The notes beneath the pieces were generated by a model. The model worked only from the letters and a program-made list of their open reading frames with translations, was not told the origin of the DNA and made no database searches. Positions 12,210 to 24,831 of a DNA stretch of 64,000 nt are shown piece after piece; within the stretch, counting starts at the first letter, position 1, and each line of letters begins with the position of its first letter. A program made the position numbers and the translations under genes. The DNA is from Psammoneis japonica (taxonomy: Eukaryota): contig QPGO01000104.1 of NCBI GenBank assembly GCA_008632985.1, positions 124,001-188,000 on the forward strand, in the 5' to 3' direction.

Positions 12210-12954
12210 AGAATGCGTGGGGTTCATTTCCCAAGATCGGCGATCACGAGGGTTTGCATCCACCATGGAAGCTCTCGGATCTTTGGCGGAAGATGTGAAC
12301 AGTGTTTTTGTTCTTCAAGTTCGGGTTGAAAAATCTTGGAACATGGTGCAACTGCAGATGGATCCAATCTATGCCCTGACAGATTGTCTTGCTGTCTGAG
12401 AGACTGTAATTTGAACAATGTGGACACCCAGTGCTGCTCTGACGAAGATTGTTCATTAGCTGGGTGCGTTTGTCGCAGCAAAGAGTGTGTCTGCAACGGA
12501 GACTGCCCCGAGGTCACGTGTGAAGTTGATGATGTTGTCGGAGTATGTTTGCCGGCAGAGCAATGTAGTGGACTTCCAGCCCTATCGTCGCATGACTGCC
12601 CGGGTCTTGGCATGGCTGCTTGTCTTCCCGAGTCGTCTTTAGCTTGCTGTGCAGCAAGTGAAGCTGGCGTATGTTGGAACAGAATGTACCAGAGAGGCCA
12701 TTGGATTGATATACTGCCCCGACGGTCTTTCTTGTTGCCTTCCAGATTGCGACAAATCCGATCCTAGCGTCGAATGTTGCGACAACTCGGACTGCACAGA
12801 AGTAGATTTCGTGTGCTACGGAAACAAGTGCATTTGCGGTCATGAATGCTGTTCGGACAACGACTGTGGCGACATTGGCTACAGGTGCATAGATAATGAT
12901 TGTCGCATACAACGACGCTATTGGGGCACTTCCGGCACTTTACCACCACAGTGA
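12210..12954 (+). pseudogene. Cys-rich repeat protein (CCSDEDC / CP.gLSCCL.DC repeats), 5' part inside the TpA-depleted gradient, frameshifted
   Basis: ORFs 12336-12767 and 12649-12954 share the repeated CP.xLSCCL.DC..ECC..xDC unit. Confidence 0.5.
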
Positions 12955-13199
12955 CTTGTTTTCCGCCATGTGACGGTGTTCTGAAGTGTTGTTTCTGAAC
13001 TTTATGGCAAAAAAGTGAGCAGCAGAACCAATGTCTCCTCTCGAGCGCGGTTCCCGTTCGCACTGATTGACATCTTGCATGTTTTTGCTCGTAGAACACT
13101 CCGAGCTATTAGTAGTAATGAAAAAGTAAAACGACGATCCTCATCACAACGACTCGTGTTCTCTATTATATGGTCTTCAAAAATAACTACAAACTCCAT

Positions 13200-14237
13200 G
13201 TGTTTATTCTTGCTCCGCTCTTCTGGCGTTTTGGCTCGTGTTATTTGCAAGGCATGAATCTTGCTCATGATATCACCAAGAAGCATGTAAATCAATTGAT
13301 GACGCTTCACCAGGTCAAGCCTTCAAAGGCGGGTGCGACAATGTCGAGTTCAAAGTGCGATTCTCCATTAAATCCCCTGGAACCAGCGTGACCCGCATGT
13401 TGGTCCGAATTATCTTTTAATTCCAAGTGCGTCGGCTGCAACTTTTGCAAGGCTTCCATCATGCCCTTGTACATGGGACGATCACCGTCCAGGGATACTT
13501 CGGTTTCTGGTTCTTCCTCAACAACATCCTCGTCACTGCAGCAGCTTGTGCTTCTAGTGCTTTTTTCTTCATGACGGCCATCATGTTGAGAAATCCATTG
13601 TTGCGGCCCGGTGTCAAACTAGCGGCAATACCAGCCGTCTTGATAAATTCGGGATTCACCTTTTGAATATCGTCTGCCGTGTTTCCCGAAAGGCCTCTGT
13701 GTGAAATTGAGAGATTGTAGATATGGAACGAGGAACGAGGTCAGTCAAACGCGCCTTGACGAACGCATCACGCATCATAATCAAACAATAAGAATACACA
13801 CACCTGACCAACAACGCCACCAATCCTTTCGTCAAGAGACCATCGCATTCTCCCACATAATCAATCGTATATTCATCCTATCCGCATCATAGACTGCTTT
13901 GGCATCCACATAGACCGTACTGAGGCATCCCGGTACTTTGTTTTCGGGAATCATCACCGCCTCGGGTTGTTCGAGAGGAGCCAATTGGTTCGCCATGTAG
14001 AGCAATTGCTTGTGACGCAACTTGTCATCTCCCACCAAGGCAAAGGCTTTTGTGATTTTGGCAAGTTCCGGTGTCAGTCCAAGATGATCATCTGATGTGT
14101 TTCTGTGCAGAGGATTCAGTGGCTTGAGACGAAACACTCAGAGCAAATAAGCTTCTTCGAGTAGAAACGACAGAAGAAAAAGCATACGTTGACTCGACAA
14201 GCAGCAGTGTAGTGAGACAGGACTTTAGAAACTTCAT
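13200..14237 (-). CDS. sufE: Plastid-targeted SufE-BolA fusion (SufE1-like Fe-S assembly protein)
   Basis: Signal peptide + TYAF. SufE motifs NKVPGCLSTVYV, DGLLTKGLVALL and LTPGRNNGFLNM; BolA motifs QHAGHAG..GESHF and KRHQLIY..IHALQI. Intron ~13701-13800 and several 1-bp frameshifts; 3' end approximate. Confidence 0.85.
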
Positions 14238-15169
14238 GTTGTTGTTTGGGGAGGCTTATTGGTGGTATTGAAATAAAGAAATCGTCGTCGTCGTCAATGC
14301 TCTGTTTGCCATTGGCGGCAGTCGTAAAAACAAAATGAAAATCGAATGAAAGTTCGAAAGGCAGGTGACGTCAGCAAAATGACGTCGGTGTTCACGCTCA
14401 TAACCTGATTCGAAATTTTGGGTGGGGGCAAAACAAGAAACGTAATAAAACTATTCAGACTGTAATAAAATGAATGTTTAGACCCAAACACGACACCAAA
14501 AAAAGACAGAAGCGCTTTGAAGACTCGGCGACTCCGCCCAAGAAACTTCCAGAAGCAACACCAACAACGCCGCTAAAGTTAATCAGCGGCAACAGAATCC
14601 GTAAAAGAGGTAAGAGAGATAAAAGGATGCGAATTTCCAGAGTGTTGGGTTGAAAGCGGGAGCTTGGTATTGAGCAAGAGTTGCCGGGATATTCTTCGTT
14701 GACTGCGGTATGTTGTCATCTATTTCTTGGAGTTTTCGTCTCCCGAAGAGCGCGATGCTTCCTGATTTGTCCTCGATGAATGGGTTGGAGTCGTATCTCG
14801 TCGTAAGCTCTTGATGTGAAGCATGGCGCCTGAAGGAATAGCCGCAACGCAGCGGCGTCAACTTCCTCATGGTGGTCACACCATTAGTATTTCATGTGTT
14901 ATTACGAGTCACGCATATTGAAGTATTCGTGATGCTTTATTATATTGTATTGCCCTCTCCCTCATAGTCGTTAAATGCACTTCTTCCTTGTGACTAGAAG
15001 AATATTTATTGACCTTCGAACTTGTATGTATTGATATTTTGCAACGGAGCTCTTGAATTTTTCCCGGAGCTCGTTGGTCCCGAATTTTGTTTTACACGAA
15101 CAACGGTTTTTGGTCACACTCAAACATACCGCTGTTGTTTGTTTTATTGCCTTTCAGGTTGTTGTTACC

Positions 15170-16644
15170 ATGTCGGACGTGGACAATAGCGACTCATCGA
15201 CGGAGGGGTCCGATTACGTTCCCGCAAAACCGGCAGCAACAGAAAGTCAAATTGCTCAAGCCATGGGAATCGAATTGCTGCCTCCGTCACCCACGGCTCG
15301 CAAGAAAAAAATTGCCGAGTACAAGTGGTTCCCAATCCGGATTCGGAGAGTGTTGATCTGAGTGCGCTGAGAGGAGTCAAGGCTCCCGGGGGTGCTGTGG
15401 AACAAATTCGTAAGTGGATAAATACGCTTTTACAAATTCTTGTTCACATTGGCATCTTACTCATTTTACACGACCCCCCTCTTGCGTTTCCATATACAAC
15501 TTTATCCTACAGAAGCTGCAGAAAAAGAAATTGAGCTATCAGCTTTGGCAGAACTTGTCCCAGCGTTGAAGACGGGCACTGACCCTAGCGAAAAGGAAGA
15601 TGCGGATTCCAAACCAAAGACAGAAGAAGTTGATTCTTGGGCGCAGGAGGAGAATGTGACTAGCACACAGACGCAATTTAGTGCGGAGAAAAAGAAAATC
15701 ATGTCCTTGGCCGTTCCGAATGAGTTTGTCAAGGAGGATGACATAGAAGAAAAGGAGGAGGGTGTTTCGCAGTCTTCATCGAGGCGGGGAGTCCGGGAGC
15801 GGCCGGAATGGTTCTTCAGGATCAGAACCTTGGAGGTTTTGATGGCGATGAGTCTTCTGGGCATGATGCAGGATCATCTAACAATGCCTTGAGCAGCGAT
15901 GATGAACGAGGTGGACATCGATTAGGCCAAGACACAAAGCCATATGCGTCGAAACAATCGGGTGGATCCGCCGGAGATTATCCGCAAATGTCATCTGCAG
16001 CATCCTTGTCGACCGCCACACAAACGCACGAGGTGCGCATGCCCATGTATCTACCAACCTTTAAACCCGCAACGGGCTGTACCAATGCTTCGGACTTTAT
16101 CGTTCGGTGTTTTGTGGCTCGCCTCCGTGCTGGCATTACCGTGGTGAAGCACGGCAGATCCCGATGGTGCAAGTCTCGCCTCCGCATTTGCACGTTCATC
16201 CCGACGGCCGATCGCTCAGCTGGAAACCCGCCATGGGAGAGCCCACCAGTTCCAAACGACCGCCCAAGCTGGACTTGAGCACCTGCACCGAAGTTCGACA
16301 CGCGTGGAGTCCCGATCCAATGAATCCCGTGTTTACCGGAACACCCATTTGAGACAAAAGTGCGAAGCCGCCAATGCTCACAAGAGCTTTGCGCTCATTT
16401 TTCCAAAGCGCACAGTGGACATACCGCCGTGACGGCGGATCAATGCAAGGTTCTCATGGAGGGATTCTCGGCGCTGTGTTTTAGACTTCAAGTGGCGAGT
16501 ATGGCTGGAAAGGGTTCCAAAAAGAGCGAGGAAAATGTCGAGGAGAACTCCACGACGGCAAGCAATACGCTCACCAACACATCGGCGCAGATTAGTCCCA
16601 CGAGCAGTGGGAAGGTTGGCAAGAAACGAGCAAGTCGATCATGA
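15170..16644 (+). CDS. Protein with acidic low-complexity N-terminus and C-terminal PH-like domain
   Basis: LRAGITVVKHGRSRW..LSWKP..LDLSTCTEVRHAW..FPKRTVD pattern; GTAAG intron at ~15410; frameshifts. Confidence 0.65.
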
Positions 16645-16980
16645 TGTTCTCGGTAGTGTGTGTGGCTAGGTTGTGTCTGTTATGCACGGCTTCTTTCGCA
16701 TTGCATTTTTATAGAACGAATAGTAAGTTAATCCTTTCATTGCAAGCCTTGCCATTTTTGTCTATTGTAGATGATGATTGTCATGTTGCTTGCCGGCGTT
16801 ATAAAGAGCTACTTCCCTGCATCCATGAGAATTAATGTCATCACAACGCGAGTCGAGTCACGGTTGCATTTATTCTTCCGCGGACCCATAGTCGTGTCGC
16901 TGCGCAGTTTTCGCGATGTGCGGTTCTCATTTTTTTTTTTACAACACCCTGCATTGCATATCTACTACGACAAGGAAGCA

Positions 16981-17682
16981 ATGATCTCCAGCAAGTACTA
17001 TGACCCCAGCGCGCCTATTCCGCAAGCATATGGTGGGTCCAAGGTTGCAAACTCGAATCAATCCAGGGACGATCCAGTGTTGGAACCCAAGATGAGTGAA
17101 CCAGGCTTGGCAAGCACGATTGAGACCCGCCATGTGCATGTTGGAAAGCAAGGAGCCAAATGCTGTGGCTGCTGCTGTGACATGCGGCGTGCAGTGATCA
17201 TCTGCAATGCTGTGCTTTTAATTCTATATCTTATTGGCACACTAGTCTACCTGGCTGGCAACGACTCGCTTGCAGAACAGTACACAGCCGAAGCTGGTGG
17301 TGCCAACCAAAACCAGGTGGAAGACATTTTGTCTGAATACTACATGAAACTCGGTATCATCTCTCTTGTCGGTGCTTTCAGCAGCGGAATTGCTATTCTA
17401 GGTGGCGTCAAGTACAACGTTTGGCTCGTGGGCCTCAACAGTATCTTTCTCTTTGCTAGCTATATTGCCACCGTCGTCCTTGGCGTCAACGCAATTGAAG
17501 ACGTGGAGGCTGAAGGTGCAACGACGGATGGTGCTTTAAATACCGTTGGCTTTGTCATTAACGGAATTGTTACCGTGCTCTGGATCTATCCCCATGTCGG
17601 CTTCATCGTTGAAGTTAACAAAGGTGTACTGGCGCCAGACACGTATTCTCGAGAGGAATTCTCGTGCTGCTGTGCGGTCTAA
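16981..17682 (+). CDS. Multi-pass membrane protein with Cys-rich termini (KQGAKCCGCCCDMRRA..YPH..REEFSCCC), tandem paralog 1
   Basis: Clean ORF with about 4 hydrophobic segments; near-identical paralog downstream. Confidence 0.8.
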   Translation: MISSKYYDPSAPIPQAYGGSKVANSNQSRDDPVLEPKMSEPGLASTIETRHVHVGKQGAKCCGCCCDMRRAVIICNAVLLILYLIGTLVYLAGNDSLAEQYTAEAGGANQNQVEDILSEYYMKLGIISLVGAFSSGIAILGGVKYNVWLVGLNSIFLFASYIATVVLGVNAIEDVEAEGATTDGALNTVGFVINGIVTVLWIYPHVGFIVEVNKGVLAPDTYSREEFSCCCAV

Positions 17683-18050
17683 GTAACAAAGAAAGAGATT
17701 CGCACAGACGGAAAGAGCGACTCTCTAATCATGCGTGGTCATTTGGTATACACATTCAACGAAATGCATATTTTAGACCAGTTTCGACATCATAGGAAGG
17801 TGTAGATGATGATTGCCATGTTGCTTGCCGGCGTATTCATAGCTAGGGCCTACTTCCATGCATCCATGAGATAGAATCGCAATGTCATCACAACGGTATA
17901 GGTCTATTAGTAGAGTCGAGTCACGGTTGTATTTTGTCAGTCGTGGCGCTGCGCAGTTTTCGCGATTATTTTGGTTCGTGATTCTCATTTTTTCAGAAAA
18001 CAAAACTTATGACAACACCCTCTATTACATCTACTACGACAAGGAACAAA

Positions 18051-18739
18051 ATGATCTCCAGCAAGTACTATGACCCCAGCGCGCCTATTCCGCAACCATA
18101 TGGTGCGTCCAAGGTTGGAAACTTGACTCAATCCAGGGACGATCCAGAGTTGGAACCCAAGATGGATGAACCACGCTATGCAAGCCGCACGATTGAGACC
18201 CACCAAGGAAAGCAAGGAGCCAAGTGCTGTGGCTGCTGCTGTGACATGCGGCGTGCACTTATCATCTGCAATACTGTGCTTCTGATTCTTATCTTATTGG
18301 CACAATAGTCTACCTTGCTGGCAATGACTGGCTTGCAGAACAGTTCACAGCAGAAGATAATGCTACCAACAAAGCCGAGGTGGAAGACATTCTATCTGAA
18401 TACTACATGAAACTCGGTATCATCTCGCTTGTAGGTGTTTTAAGCTGTGGCATCGCCATTGTCGGTGGCGTCAAGTACAACGTTTGGCTCGTGGGCCTCA
18501 ACATTCTCTTTCTCGTTGCTGGCTATATTGCCACCGTCGTCCTTGGCGTCAACGCTGTGCAAGACGTGGAGGCTGCAGATGCAACGGTGGATGGTTCAAA
18601 TACCGCTGGTTCCATCATTAGCGGAATTATTACCGCCCTCTGGATCTATCCCCATGTTGGCTTCATCGTTGAAGTTAACAAGGGTGTCATGGCGCCAGAC
18701 ACGTATCCTCGAGAGGAATTCTCGTGCTGCTGTGTCTAA
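18051..18739 (+). CDS. Tandem paralog 2 of the membrane protein (frameshift near 18290)
   Basis: Aligns with 16981-17682; the duplication unit includes flanks (~16766-17790 vs ~17801-18842). Confidence 0.75.
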
Positions 18740-19393
18740 CCGAGAAAGGGAATCGCATAGACGGAAAGGGCGATTCTCTAATCACGTTTGGTCATTTGGT
18801 ATACACATTCAACGAAATGCATATTTTAGAACAGTTTCGACGTTAGAGTGTGGGAGCTGAATCATCTGCTGATAGCCCGCATACCACGCTCTAAGCTTTG
18901 GATTTACGGTAGATTAACTATGTTAGTCAAGAACAGTGCAACCGAAGAGGTGCAAACTCATTTAGGAGACCAATGTTTCTGACCAGTTGCTGTTGGCTCC
19001 TTTTCTCACTGAATATTATTGACGATACCACACTTTTATCCCTTTCATTGAGATGGAGGATGCGATTGTAAAGATGACGGGGTATCGACCGCTCTGTGCT
19101 TGAAACCCTCTACTCCAAACATTTTGTCGTCCTTCCATAGTAAATGCTATTGGAAAGGGCAGTGCAAGAGTGTGATTTCGGCGATGAAGGTAGTGACTCA
19201 ATGTCGGCGAATCTATGAAGATTGGATACCGCCGACGTCATGGTAGTTGTAGAGAAACACAGCCACAGTAACAAAGGCTGAAAGACGCAACATTGCTCGA
19301 TTGAATATATGTTGTAGTACCAACATTAATTGTACATTGAGCTGGAAAATATTTGAGTCGTCGTTGATCCAACGCAGCCAAGTTCTGCCCTCT

Positions 19394-20536
19394 CTAGTCA
19401 TCAGCAGTTACCAGAACGGAACGAACAGTTAAGCCGTCCATATAAAAGACATGGATAGCCTTGTCTCCAACATAGACAAGTGACTCATCGTCAACATCAC
19501 CATCGTTCATGAGATCTAGGACACTCAATGCGAGCTGCCTCTTGCCATATTCTACTGCAGCAGCACGAGCCTCCAGATTTGGTGTTCGGCGAACGCGGCC
19601 ATTCGTGCCGCCCAGTGTATTGTGCTCTCTTAATTGTCGACGAACATTATTTTGACATGTATAGTCATTGTTAAGTGGTTCAGCGGTGCTGTAGTCAACT
19701 CCATACCCCATATCTTGCAAACTAGCAATAGACACTGAAGAAAACGGATGTGTCGCAACAAAGGGGTCAAGTATTCCAGTCATGATCTCACTTCCGAGAT
19801 AAAGTTCATCCCAATGACCACGAGGTCCGAGGCCTGCGTCGTTCTCGATTGGGGGACATCCAGGACATCCCGTGAGATTCTGATAGGCATCGCAGGCGAA
19901 GGTGCCATTTTTGTACGTATAGTTGCTTCCGGCGCCCCCGAATCGACCAATCAACCCCAAATCATCCCACTGTGTTCCAATACCCACGCAGTGGCCGATC
20001 TCATGAGTAAGAACCGTTTCTAACAAGCCCAGTATTTCAAGCAATCTAATATCGGCTTCATCGATTGAAACGATTCCAATTGCGGGCAAGTCGGAATCCG
20101 ATCTCTGCCATCGTACTCCCGCAAAACCCAAATTTCCATCAAGCCCGTCAATTTGTTGCGTCCTGATGCAAATGAAGAGGTCATCAATGAATCTAGGCTT
20201 GGCACAACCAATGTCTCGAGACAGACCATGCCCCGTATCGGGAATGTCTTCAACAATTATGCTTTCCCAACGCGCGACGCTCGCATTGACAGCCGCTTCA
20301 AACGATTCACAAGGCACACCGCTATATCCGATATCTAAATTGTAAACTCGCTCTACACAAAAAATGAACACAAGCTCCTTTTCAGTGATAATGAATATGG
20401 CGCAGAAATCGTAGTGTGCACAGCTTTGCTTACCAGACTCTAGCGATGGCGCTGCCGTCGGACTCGCACTAGCCACGCGGCTGTTGGACAAAGCGAAAAG
20501 GAAGGGTAGGCCTAAACGATGCATAAACCACAACAT
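19394..20536 (-). CDS. Secreted zinc metalloprotease, leishmanolysin/M8-like
   Basis: HEIGH zinc motif, GHWDE, EIMTG Met-turn and SLQDMGY; hydrophobic N-terminus; GT-AG intron ~20353-20432. Confidence 0.85.
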   Translation of the reverse strand: MLWFMHRLGLPFLFALSNSRVASASPTAAPSLESGKQSCAHYDFCAIFIITEKELVFIFCVERVYNLDIGYSGVPCESFEAAVNASVARWESIIVEDIPDTGHGLSRDIGCAKPRFIDDLFICIRTQQIDGLDGNLGFAGVRWQRSDSDLPAIGIVSIDEADIRLLEILGLLETVLTHEIGHCVGIGTQWDDLGLIGRFGGAGSNYTYKNGTFACDAYQNLTGCPGCPPIENDAGLGPRGHWDELYLGSEIMTGILDPFVATHPFSSVSIASLQDMGYGVDYSTAEPLNNDYTCQNNVRRQLREHNTLGGTNGRVRRTPNLEARAAAVEYGKRQLALSVLDLMNDGDVDDESLVYVGDKAIHVFYMDGLTVRSVLVTADD

Positions 20537-21161
20537 TGACAAGTTTGCTACTTGTTGCTTGTTGCAAAACAAATTCAAGGGCGAAGCCCATATGTCCTCT
20601 GTTTGTTGGTGGCGGCTTGTGGGAGCAGTTCTAAAAGTTTTCGAAATTTTGAGATTGCCGCGAATTTTTTCAAACTTTTATGATATGTACAGACGTTAAG
20701 AATACTGAATTATTTTGAATAATAATGACCGAAGACAAACATTGCAATGTGAGCTTTCGCACCAACTCGACAAAAAACACATGATGTGGAGGACCGTGAA
20801 CTACAGTTGGCATGCCCTTGCTTGTAGAAAACTCTAGCTAGAGCTAGTTCGCACAAGACTTCAGATGGAGGATAGCCCCAATGCTAAAGGTAGAACAAGC
20901 AACACTGCCAGAAGGCCACTTGAAATACAAGAATGCTGGCAACAAGCATCTCAACCCCAAGCATCTGCTGGAGAGGCAGGGGGGGCACAGCAGCAGTCAG
21001 ATTGCGACGACTTCTCCCCCGTTGGTTCGTTCTCTGGCTCAGATCATTTGCATCTCTCTTTCTCTTGCACTTGCAATTTCAGACAAAGAATTGGTGAGCA
21101 GCATGACACAATGCTGAAGTTCAAGGCACGAGTGTCATGCGTGTCCCCTCTCTTTTGATGC

Positions 21162-22900
21162 TCACAATTCTGAATTTGTGCTCCAAGATGACCGCCTTGT
21201 GAAGCTCATCTGGGGTCCTTTAACTCGAGTGATCTCCAGCAGCTCTTGCTCTTCTGTTTGAGACGTTGAAGTCTCAGTGCATTTGACAATCTTGGGACAA
21301 CACAAAAATGGAGCCATGAGCCAGCACTCGCAATGATCCAGTCCTCGAAACACAAATGCTCCCAAGTCCTCCAATTGGTTGGTCTTGGCATCTTCAAAAT
21401 CTTGCACAGATGATCCATGTGTCCACAGGGCGGGACTCCTGAATGTCCAATGGGGTGATGTGGTCTTTGCCACTCATGAAAATCATGGAGTTTCTTTCCA
21501 ATGTTGCCAACAAAGAGGTTGCCTTGTGCCCAGCAAAGCTGATGTTGCACCACCCATTTTGCCATGTGGTCTGACCAAATCACAAATGAGACATCTCCTG
21601 GATGCAGTGCACACTGTGAATGACATGATTTTATGAGGGCTGCACATTGCAGAGACACAAACACAAACTGGATCAAGAAACATCAGTGCTGTGCAACAAA
21701 ATAACTTGGTGTGTGCTTTGCAACATGCAAGACAATGAACTCCCATGGGAATGACACTGAAATGTTGCCTTGTGATGTCCATGGCAAGCTGACATTGCAG
21801 CCAGTGATGCAGCAATCTGCCTGGGAGATTGTGTGGAGCCAGGCATGACCCACGATCAAAAGGCTGACAGCATCAACATTTCCCCAAGGAAGATCGGATG
21901 CTTGGTTTGGAGAAGTTCCCAAAGCAGAGGCAGATGCATGACAACACCCAATCCAATGCTGCCTCCCACAAGTCAGTCAATTTTGTCCACAGCTTTGGTT
22001 TTGTCTTGTTGTTTCTGATTGCTTGTACCCACACAGCCTGTTGGGACATTCCCAGAAGGTTGAAGAGGGCCAAGACATCTCTCTGTTGCAACAAACTCTG
22101 ACGGCACAACACGACCACTGAGTTGATGAAGAAGTCTGCCACCCTCAGCAACGTGGGTCAAGCTTGTGATTCCTTGGATGTTGCAAGGGCTCTCAGCAGC
22201 TTGAGGCTCATCTTTGATGCCTTTGTTGAGAACTCTGAGATGACATGGCTCTCTGGCAACAGCTTCTCCATCGCCAACATAGATTTTTGACAAGAGTGGC
22301 AAGCAGCGGATCATGAGCAATGGCAACACTCACAAAATTGCTGCAAACATGCTCAGCAACATTCAAAACAGCATTTGCACCTTCTTCCAACAACTTGGCA
22401 ATGTCCCTGACCAACCAGTCAATCCAAGATTTGGAGACCAACATCAGCCATTCTCCCCCAGAACCTTTGGCAGCAAGTGCTTGCTCTTTCAGCTTGCTGT
22501 GCAATTGAGCTTCACTTCAAGCACTGGCAAGCACCAGCGGATTCTCTGCTGGTCATGGTGTCTCCATCCAAGAAACTGAAGTCTCCTTTGTTGGCATCTG
22601 ACACAAAGTTGCACAAAAAGATGGGGCTCCCAGTCATTTCTGAAAAAAACCTTGTCAGCATCCCATCATCTCGGCTGCCTGTGGTGGCCAAGAAAGGCAC
22701 TGACTCAAGTGCTGAAGAGTATTTGTGACATCATTGGCTGCAAGCTGTTGACACATTTAATTGCAAGGTTGCAACCAATCTGGAAATGTTGAGTTCAGTC
22801 AACTGCAGAAGGCATGCAAGGAAAGCATGTGGTCAAAGCAAGCTGGCCCAAATTTTGCTTACCAAGGACCTGACATGCATCGACTTGGGCCAAAAAACTC
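21162..22900 (-). pseudogene. TpA-mutated paralog of the alpha/beta hydrolase at 35602-37494 (copy A); TpA-depleted domain 2
   Basis: WVVQHQLCWAQGNLFV and TRRSSWS match WAVQRQFCWARGNLFV and TRRSSWS; Tyr replaced by Cys/His; frameshifts. Confidence 0.9.
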
Positions 22901-23382
22901 AAACATTGCGTCATACGATCGGAGTTTATCAGCCGTATAGGCGGGGTGAGGTCGTTTTCAAGAACAACGTGGTCTAGCGGCAGCCGAGCGAAAGCAGCGA
23001 GTGTAACAAGAAGAGTCACAGCAAGAAGAAGGAGAAGACGAACAGCTAGAAATTTTAGCTGTAACCTAGAGAGTACCCATACTCGCGGCAGTTTCGGCTG
23101 GAAGTAGATGGACGTTTCTAGGTTGACGCATTTGAGCCGTATCTGTAATGCATCCACGTTAATAACTTCGTCTTCGATTGTATCCACCGCATCCTCGACT
23201 TATCGATTGTTTGCTGCTATCGCCGTTGTGACGGAAGCAATCGTCGTCCGATGAGTATGATCTTCTCTTGCATTATCAAGCTCAACATTTTTGCTTTGGA
23301 GAGTGTAGCCGGAACAAGTTGATTGGAATCACTTTGGGCGCGGAGAAAAGACTAAACTGAGTGAAGCCGTCTTCACTGCACC

Positions 23383-24831
23383 TTACTCATCCACAGCAGT
23401 CGATTTACTCGTAGTTCCCGCATCAAAGGCAAACAGTCGAGCGAAATTACCTTGTATGGCCGCAGTTCCACCAACAAATGTCAACATGGAGGGCACAATG
23501 AATAAAAGAGCCGGAAGCCCCGAGCTTGAAACACCCGGAACAAACTCGCACGCGAAACAGCCCGTGGCAAATCCCAGTAAGGAGGCTACAAAGCAATTGC
23601 TACCTTTCTGCTCTTGATCAAATCTGAGACAAAGCGTCGACAATAGACAAGGAAAGACAGAATCTCCCAACCCCAACAAGTCAGTGACAATGCCACGCAA
23701 CCGCACCACAAACAATCCCGGCTGCCACATTGCTTCTCCCGTAGTCTTGGCAAGTGCCACTGCGCCCATGGCGGACGATGAAGCGCTACTACTACTCGCG
23801 GTTTGACTTTGAGCTAGACTTGCACTGCCCAAATCAATCAGTTGTATGCCGACCGATACCACATCATACAAAACCAAGCCCGTCAGTGCCACGAGAATGG
23901 GCCCCATTCGTGGCAATTGAATGGCACGCGCCACGGCAATGGCCAAACAGACGCACAGTATATTTTGAATGGGCCAAACCAACGCAGATGGACCGGCAAA
24001 GGCAAGAGCCGATAGTATCAAAGCGATAAGAGTTGTCAGTATTTCGTTTTGTTGGAGTATTGGCAAGCGTGCCAGTTCAGCACGGCAAAAGAGAGAAACG
24101 ACCAACCCGTTGGTTAGCAATGTAAAACTTGGAATCAACTCCTTTATGCTCTCCAGCAAGGGAATTGAGGGAGAAGAGGATACCAAATCGTCTTGCTGCT
24201 GTTGAAATAGGAAAATCAAGACTGAGGTTGCAAAACTCGCCACGACAAGGAGGGGTAGTCCCACGGCTTGCGTTGAGTCCTCCACACGGTCGAGTTCAGT
24301 AGCCATTTCCTGAAAACGCGTATCGTCTTGTTTGTCCTGTATTTTTTCAACGTTTGGCGGCAGCACTTGTCGCGTCAAGTCCACGAGCCGTGTTCCCAGA
24401 GCCGCATCATCGGTCGCCCCACGTGTGCTGCCAATCATCACCACGAGGAGTGCCAGGGCATAAATGTACAGCCGTTTGCAAATCACGAGCGGTGCAACGA
24501 ACCGGAATTGTAACAACAAGGCCAATCCAAGAGACAACAGAGGGATTCCCCCAAACACAAGCAATGGAGCTATATCCAACGATGATTCGTTAACATCATT
24601 GTTCTCGTCACTGCTCAGCGACAACCGGCACGATGATCTTGTTGTTGAGGTCGGCGTCGGCAAGTTGAAACAATCAAAGGCCCTTCTTGGAGCACCGACT
24701 AGAGGACCGCACTGGCGACTGCATGCTGCTCTTGATGTGGAAGAAAACTGTTGAAAACCATGAAGGAAACGGGCTGGGAGTGTAATGCAGAGCAGCAACA
24801 GACAGCCGCGAACGACGCCGTGCTTCATCAT
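23383..24831 (-). CDS. Signal peptide peptidase-like aspartic protease (A22B, GxGD family)
   Basis: VLYD, LGLGD and LPALLF motifs in a multi-pass ORF; presequence-like N-terminus. Confidence 0.9.
   Translation of the reverse strand: MMKHGVVRGCLLLLCITLPARFLHGFQQFSSTSRAACSRQCGPLVGAPRRAFDCFNLPTPTSTTRSSCRLSLSSDENNDVNESSLDIAPLLVFGGIPLLSLGLALLLQFRFVAPLVICKRLYIYALALLVVMIGSTRGATDDAALGTRLVDLTRQVLPPNVEKIQDKQDDTRFQEMATELDRVEDSTQAVGLPLLVVASFATSVLIFLFQQQQDDLVSSSPSIPLLESIKELIPSFTLLTNGLVVSLFCRAELARLPILQQNEILTTLIALILSALAFAGPSALVWPIQNILCVCLAIAVARAIQLPRMGPILVALTGLVLYDVVSVGIQLIDLGSASLAQSQTASSSSASSSAMGAVALAKTTGEAMWQPGLFVVRLRGIVTDLLGLGDSVFPCLLSTLCLRFDQEQKGSNCFVASLLGFATGCFACEFVPGVSSSGLPALLFIVPSMLTFVGGTAAIQGNFARLFAFDAGTTSKSTAVDE

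Larger units (their letters stand above)
1..12400. other. TpA-depleted (hypermutated) domain 1 containing a large DNA transposon
   Basis: TA is nearly absent except in TTA/TAA/CTAG contexts, and TG/CA is abundant. ORFs are Tyr-free and Cys/His-rich (0 Tyr in the 411-aa and 348-aa ORFs). TA returns gradually over ~12360-12700. Confidence 0.9.

Noticed and set aside
14583..14879. Small ORF between SufE and the PH gene
   Set aside because: No recognisable motif or other support.
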